NCBI GenBank assembly: GCA_964016885.1
Contig: OZ024757.1
Span: 10,416,001 to 10,480,000, forward strand
DNA from: Eledone cirrhosa
Lineage: Eukaryota
Direction: 5' to 3'
Length of the DNA stretch: 64,000 bases
Part shown: in pieces, positions 57,801 through 64,000 of the stretch
How positions within the stretch are numbered: position 1 is the stretch's first letter
How the letters are laid out: every line of letters starts with the position of its first letter
Notes under the pieces: model-generated
The model's database searches: none
What the model saw: only the letters and a program-made list of their open reading frames with translations
Told to the model about the DNA's origin: nothing
Program-made: the position numbers and the translations under genes

Positions 57801-60800
57801 GTTAAGTTGGGGTTATGTTAAGTTGGGGTTAAGTTAAGTTGGGGTTAAGTCAAGTTGGGGTTAAATCAAGTTGGGGTTAACTTAAGTTTGGATTAACTTA
57901 AGTTGGGTTAACTTAAGTTGGGGTTAAGTTGGGGTTAAGTTGGGGTTAAGTTAAGTTGGGGTTACGTTAAGTTGGGGTTAAGTTAAGTTGGGGGTAACTT
58001 AAGTTGGGGTTAAGTTAAGTTGGGGTTAAGTGAAGTTGGGGTTAAGTTAAGTTGGGGTTAAGTTAAGTTGGGGTTAAGTTAAGTTGGGGTTAAGTAAAGT
58101 TGGGGTTGAGTTAATTTGGGGTTGAATTAAGTTGGGGTTAAGTTAAGTTGGGGTTAAGTCAAGTTGGGGTTAAATCAAGTTGGGGTTAACTTAAGTTTGG
58201 ATTAACTTAAGTTGGGTTAACTTAAGTTGGGGTTAAGTTGGGGTTAAGTTGGGGTTAAGTTAAGTTGGGGTTAAGTTAAGTTGGGGTTAAGTTAAGTTGG
58301 GGTTAAGTTAAGTTGGGGTAAGTTAAGTTGGGGTTAAGTTAAGTTGGGGTTTACTTAAGTTGGGGTTAAGTCAAGTTGGGGTTAAGTCAAGTTGGGGTTA
58401 AGTTAAGTTGGGGTTGATTTAAGTTGGGGTTGAATTAAGTTGGGGTCGAGTTAAGTTGGGGTTGAGTTAAGTTGGGGTTAAGTTAAGTCGGGTTTAAATT
58501 AAGTTGGGGTTAAGTTAAGTTGTGGTAAGTTAAGTTAGGGTTAAGTTAAGTTGGGGTTTAGCTAAGTTGGGGTTAAGTCAAGTTGGGGTTAAGTCAAGTT
58601 GGGGTTAAGTCAAGTTGGGGTTAAGTTAAGTTGGGGTTAAGTTAAGTTGGGGTTAATTTAAGTTGGGATTAGGTTAAGTTGGGGTTAAGTTAAGTTGGCG
58701 TTAAGTTAAGTTGGGGTTAAGTTAAGTTGGGGTTAAGTTAAGATGGGGTTAAGTCAAGTTGGGGTTAAATCAAGTTGGGGTTAACTTAAGTTTGGATTAA
58801 CTTAAGTTGGGTTAACTTAAGTTGGGTTTAAGTTGGGGTTAACTTAAGTTGGGGTTAAGTTAAGTTGGGGTTAAGTTAAGTTGGGGTTGAGTTAAGTTGG
58901 GGTTGAGTTAAGTTGGGGTTGAGTTAAGTTGGGGTTGATTTAAGTTGGGGTTGAGTTAAGTTGGGGTCGAGTTAAGTTGGGGTTGAGTTAAGTTGGGGTT
59001 AGGTTAAGTTGGGGATAAGTTAAGTTTGGTTTAAGTTAAGTTGGGGTTAAGTTAAGTTGGGGTTAAGTTAAGTTGGGATTAGGTTAAGTTGGGGTTAAGT
59101 TAAGTTGGGGTTAAGTTAAGTTGTGGCTAAGTTAAGTTGGGGTTAAGTTAAGTTGGGGTTAAGTTAAGTTGGGGTTAAGGTAAGTTGGGGTTAAGTTAAG
59201 TTGGGGTTAAGTTAAGTTGGGGTTTAGTTAAGTTGGGGTTAACTTTAGTTGGGGTTAACTTAAGTTGGGGTTAAGTTGGGGTTAACTTAAGTTGGGGTTA
59301 ATTTAAGTTGGGGTTGAGTTAAGTTGGGGTTGATTTAAGTTGGGGTTGAGTTAAGTTGGGGTCGAGTTAAGTTGGGGTTGAGTTAAGTTGGGGTTAAGTT
59401 AAGTTGGCGTTAAGTTAAGTTGGAGTTAAGTTAAGTTGGGGTTAAGTTAAGCTGGGGTTAAGTTAAGTTGGGGGTAAGTTAAGTTGTGGTTAAGTTAATT
59501 TGGGGTTAAGTTAAGTTGGGGTTGAGTTAAGTTGGGGTTGAATTAAGTTGGGGTTGAGTTAAGTTGGAGTTAAGTTAAGTTGGGGTTAAGTTAAGTTGGG
59601 ATTAAGTTAAGTCGGGGTAAAGTTAAGTTGGGGTTAAGTTAAGTTGGGGGTAAGTTAAGTTGGGATTAAGTTAAGTTGGGGTTTAGTTAATTTGGGGTTA
59701 AGTCAAGTTGGGGTTAAATCAAGTTGGGGTTAACTTAAGTTTGGATTAACTTAAGTTGGGTTAACTTAAGTTGGGGTTAAGTTGGGCTTAACTTAAGTTG
59801 GGGTTAAGTTAAGTTGGGGTTGAGTTAAGTTGGGGTTGAGTTAAGTTGGGGTTGAGTTAAGTTGGGGTTGAGTTAAGTTGGGGTCGAGTTAAGTTGGGGT
59901 TGAGTTAAGTTGGGGTTAAGTTAAGTTGGGGTTAAGTTGGGGTTAAGTTAAGTTGGGATTAGGTTAAGTTGGGGTTAAGTTAAGTTGGGGTTAAGTTAAG
60001 TCGGAGTAAAGTTAAGTTGGGGTTAAGTTAAGTTGGGGGTAAGTTAAGTTGTGGTTAAGTTAAGTTGGGGTTAAGTTGGGGTTAAGTTAAGTTGGGGTTG
60101 AGTTAAGTTGGGGTTGAATTAAGTTGGGATTGAGTTAAGTTGGAGTTAAGTTAAGTTGGGGTTAAGTTAAGTTGGGGTTAAGTTAAGTTGGCGTTAAATT
60201 AAGTTGGGGTTAAGTTAAGTTGGGGTTACGTTAAGTTGGGGTTAAGTCAAGTTGGGGTTAACTTAAGTTGGGTTAACTTAAGTTGGGATTAAGTTGGGGT
60301 TAACTTAAGTTGGGGTTAAGTTAAGTTGGGGTTGAGTTAAGTTGGGGTTGAGTTAAGTTGGGGTTGAGTTAAGTTGGGGTTAATTTAAGTTGGGGTTAAG
60401 TTAAGTTGGGGTTAAGTTAAGTTGGGATTAGATTAAGTAGGAGTTAAGTTAAGTTGGGGTTAAGTTAAGTTGTGGTTAAGTTAAGTTGGGGTTAAGTTAA
60501 GTTGGGGTTAAGTTAAGTTGGGGTTATCTTAAGTTGGGGTTAAGTTAAGTTGAGGCTAAGTTAAGTTGGGGCTGAGTTAACTTGGGGTTAAGTTAAGTTG
60601 GGGTTAAGTTAAGTTGGGGTTAAGTTAAGTTGGGGTTAAGTTAAGTTGGGGTTAACTTAAGTTGGGGTTAAGTTGGGGTTAACTTAAGTTGGGGTTAATT
60701 TAAGTTGGGGTTGAGTTAAGTTGGGGTTGATTTCAGTTTGGGTTGAGTTAAGTTGGGGTTGTGTTAAGTTGGGGTTAAGTTAAGTTGGGGTTAAGTTAAG

Positions 60801-63800
60801 TTGGGGTTGAGTTAAGTTGGGATCGAGGTAAGTTGGGGTTGAGTTAAGTTGGGGTTAAGTTAAGTTGGGGTTAACTTAAGTTGGGGTTAACTTAAGTTGG
60901 GGTTAAGTTAAGTTGGGGTTAAGTTAAGTTGGGGTTAAGTTAAGTTGGGGTTAAGTTAAGTTGGGGTTAAGTTAAATTGGGGTTAAGTTAAGTTGGGGTT
61001 GAGTTAAGTTAGGGTCGAGTTAAGTTGGGGTTGAGTTAATTTGGGGTTGAATTAAGTTGGGGTTAGGTTAAGTTGGGGTTAAGTTAAATTTGATTTAAGT
61101 TAAGTTGGGGTTAAGTTAAGTTGGGGTTAAGTTAAGTTGGGATTAGATTAAGTTGGGGTTAAGTTAAGTTGGGGTTGAGTTAAGTTGGGGTTAAGTTAAG
61201 TTGGCGTTAAGTTAAGTTAGGGTTAAGTTAAGTTGGGGTTAAGTTAAGTTGGGGTTAAGTTAAGTTGGGGTTAAGTTAAGTTGGGGTTAAGTTAAGTTGG
61301 AGTTAAGTTAAGTTGGGGTTAAGTCAAGTTGGGGTTGAGTTAATTTGGGGTTAAGTTAAGTTGGGGTTAAGTTAAGTTGGAGTTAAGTTAAGTTGGGGTT
61401 AAGTCAAGTTGGGGTTGAGTTAATTTGGGGTTGAATTAAGTTGGGGTTAGGTTAAGTTGGGGTTAAGTTAAGTTTGGTTTAAGTTAAGTTGGGGTTAAGT
61501 TAAGTTGGGGTTAAGTTAATTTGGGGTTAAGTTAAGTTGGGGTTGAGTTAAGTTGGGGTTGATTTAAGTTGGGGTTGAATTAAGTTGGGGTCGAGTTAAG
61601 TTGGGGTTGAGTTAAGTTGGGGTTAAGTTAAGTTGGGGTTAAGTTAAGTTGGAGTTAAGTTAAGTTGGGGTTAAGTTAAGTTGGGGTTAAGTTAAGTCGG
61701 AGTAAAGTTAAGTTGGGGTTAAGTTAAGTTGGGGGTAAGTTAAGTTGTGGTTAAGTTAAGTTGGGGTTAAGTTGGGGTTAAGTTAAGTTGGGGTTGAGTT
61801 AAGTTGGGGTTGAATTAAGTTGGGATTGAGTTAAGTTGGAGTTAAGTTAAGTTGGGGTTAAGTTAAGTTGGGGTTAAGTTAAGTTGGCGTTAAATTAAGT
61901 TGGGGTTAAGTTAAGTTGGGGTTACGTTAAGTTGGGGATAAGTTAAGTTGGGGTTAAGTCAAGTTGGGGTTAAATCAAGTTGGGGTTAACTTAAGTTTGG
62001 ATTAACTTAAGTTGGGTTAACTTAAGTTGGGATTAAGTTGGGGTTAACTTAAGTTGGGGTTAAGTTAAGTTGGCGTTGAGTTAAGTTGGGGTTGAGTTAA
62101 GTTGGGGTTGAGTTAAGTTGGGGTTGAGTTAAGTTGGGGTCGAGTTAAGTTGGGGTTGATTTAAGTTGGGGTTAAGTTAAGTTGGGGTTAAGTTAAGTTG
62201 GGGTTAAGTTAAGTTGGGATTAGATTAAGTAGGAGTTAAGTTAAGTTGGGGTTAATTTAAGTTGTGGTTAAGTTAAGTTGGGGTTAAGTTAAGTTGGGGT
62301 TAAGTTAAGTTGGGGTTAACTTAAGTTGGAGTTAAGTTAAGTTGGGGTTAAGTTAAGTTGAGGCTAAGTTAAGTTGGGGCTGAGTTAACTTGGGGTTAAG
62401 TTAAGTTGGGGTTAAGTTAAGTTGGGGTTAAGGTAAGTTGGGGTTAAGTTAAGTTGGGGTTAAGTTAAGTTGGGGTTAAGTTAAGTTGGGGTTAACTTAA
62501 GTTGGGGTTAAGTTGGGGTTAGATTAAGTTGGGGTTAAGTTAAGTTGGGGTTGAGTTAAGTTGAGGCTAAGTTAAGTTGGGGCTGAGTTAACTTGGGGTT
62601 AAGTTAAGTTGGGGTTAAGTTAACTTGGGGTTAAGTTAAGTTGGGGTTAAGTTAAGTTGGGGTTAAGGTAAGTTGGGGTTAAGTTAAGTTGGGGTTAAGT
62701 TAAGTTGGGGTTAATTTAAGTTGGGGTTGAGTTAAGTTGGGGTTGATTTCAGTTTGGGTTGAGTTAAGTTGGGGTCGAGTTAAGTTGGGGTTGTGTTAAG
62801 TGGGGGTTAATTTAAGTTGGGGTTAAGTCAAGTTGGGGTTAAGTCAAGTTGGGGTTAAGTTAAGTTGGGGTTGATTTAAGTTGGGGTTGAATTAAGTTGG
62901 GGTCGAGTTAAGTTGGGGTTGAGTTAAGTTGGGGTTAAGTTAAGTCGGGTTTAAATTAAGTTGGGGTTAAGTTAAGTTGTGGTAAGTTAAGTTAGGGTTA
63001 AGTTAAGTTGGGGTTTAGCTAAGTTGGGGTTAAGTCAAGTTGGGGTTAAGTCAAGTTGGGGTTAAGTCAAGTTGGGGTTAAGTTAAGTTGGGGTTAAGTT
63101 AAGTTGGGGTTAATTTAAGTTGGGATTAAGTTAAGTTGGGGTTAAGTTAAGTTGGCGTTAAGTTAAGTTGGGGTTAAGTTAAGTTGGGGTTAAGTTAAGA
63201 TGGGGTTAAGTCAAGTTGGGGTTAAATCAAGTTGGGGTTAACTTAAGTTTGGATTAACTTAAGTTGGGTTAACTTAAGTTGGGTTTAAGTTGGGGTTAAC
63301 TTAAGTTGGGGTTAAGTTAAGTTGGGGTTAAGTTAAGTTGGGGTTGAGTTAAGTTGGGGTTGAGTTAAGTTGGGGTTGAGTTAAGTTGGGGTTGATTTAA
63401 GTTGGGGTTGAGTTAAGTTGGGGTCGAGTTAAGTTGGGGTTGAGTTAAGTTGGGGTTAGGTTAAGTTGGGGATAAGTTAAGTTTGGTTTAAGTTAAGTTG
63501 GGGTTAAGTTAAGTTGGGGTTAAGTTAAGTTGGGATTAGGTTAAGTTGGGGTTAAGTTAAGTTGGGGTTAAGTTAAGTTGTGGCTAAGTTAAGTTGGGGT
63601 TAAGTTAAGTTGGGGTTAAGTTAAGTTGGGGTTAAGGTAAGTTGGGGTTAAGTTAAGTTGGGGTTAAGTTAAGTTGGGGTTTAGTTAAGTTGGGGTTAAG
63701 TTAAGTTGGCGTTAAGTTAAGTTGGGGTTAAGTTAAGTTGGCGTTAAATTAAGTTGGGGTTAAGTTAAGTTGGGGTTACGTTAAGTTGGGGATAAGTTAA

Positions 63801-64000
63801 GTTGGGGTTAAGTCAAGTTGGGGTTAAATCAAGTTGGGGTTAACTTAAGTTTGGATTAACTTAAGTTGGGTTAACTTAAGTTGGGATTAAGTTGGGGTTA
63901 ACTTAAGTTGGGGTTAAGTTAAGTTGGCGTTGAGTTAAGTTGGGGTTGAGTTAAGTTGGGGTTGAGTTAAGTTGGGGTTGAGTTAAGTTGGGGTCGAGTT
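49870..64000 (+). repeat. Near-identical tandem duplication of ~7.44-7.55 kb (~49870-57420 and ~57420 to the window end, truncated)
   Basis: Offset 7,553: CGGAG 49908/57461 and the C of AATTC 50127/57680. Offset 7,441, after a 112-bp indel: ACTTTAG 51801/59242, CTGGGG 52011/59452, AGGGTCGAG 53570/61011, AGTTAAATTTGATTT 53641/61082, the C of GGCGTTGAG 56487/63928. Confidence 0.92.

Larger units (their letters stand above)
1..64000 (+). repeat. Satellite / telomere-like tandem array, 16-bp monomer TTAAGTTAAGTTGGGG, about 4,000 copies, extending past both window edges
   Basis: Direct reading: GTTGGGG starts at 1081 and again at 1097 (period 16). The motif continues in the same orientation from the first to the last base with no unique sequence. 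Consensus composition is 6G, 6T, 4A, 0C. Confidence 0.99.

Noticed and set aside
927-63880. CRISPR-like array with the recurring cassette as direct repeat
   Set aside because: The intervening sequence is the same 16-bp satellite, hundreds to thousands of bases long and irregular, with no unique spacers and no cas genes.
1-64000. Protein-coding repeat ORF on either strand
   Set aside because: TTAA is palindromic and occurs twice per consensus monomer, and 16 is not a multiple of 3, so TAA stops cycle through all six frames every few dozen bases.
1-64000. Canonical telomere of Tetrahymena (TTGGGG)n, arthropod (TTAGG)n or vertebrate (TTAGGG)n type
   Set aside because: None of these motifs occurs in tandem. 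TTGGGG is always separated by TTAAG modules, and TTAGG and TTAGGG appear only as sporadic variants.
1-64000. Variants are merely sequencing noise, or the sequence is a low-complexity artefact
   Set aside because: The same variant strings recur collinearly over kilobases at consistent offsets, which random error would not produce. Individual singletons and the copy number of the largest duplicates remain unverified.
1-64000. Variant order as a deliberate code or information-storage system
   Set aside because: The patterns are adequately explained by point mutation plus nested duplication; nothing in the sequence indicates a readout mechanism.
1-64000. Assignment to a named satellite family, species or centromere
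   Set aside because: I do not recognize this monomer with confidence, and there is no flanking unique sequence. A Dfam/Repbase/BLAST search and chromatin data would be needed.

Overview
The whole 64-kb window is one uninterrupted, single-orientation tandem array of a 16-bp monomer, TTAAG-TTAAG-TTGGGG (about 4,000 copies; the + strand is G/T-rich and almost C-free), mixed with 11-bp (TTAAGTTGGGG) and 15-bp length variants and many point variants. I found no genes, RNA genes, mobile elements or CRISPR arrays; TAA stops recur in all six frames. The information lies in the variants, which act as a barcode for nested higher-order structure: runs of identical variant monomers, a ~70-bp signature cassette recurring roughly 60 times, local duplications of 80 and 309 bp, 3,130-bp tandem pairs, and near-identical tandem duplications of ~9.55 kb, ~6.8 kb and ~7.44 kb, on an older ~11-12 kb periodicity. 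The monomer resembles a compound telomeric repeat (TTAGG-like plus TTGGGG), but the variant pattern indicates growth by DNA-templated copying or recombination. It is probably a eukaryotic satellite or a telomere-like array; organism and chromosomal position cannot be determined from this window. All coordinates and offsets were counted by eye, and block boundaries are approximate.
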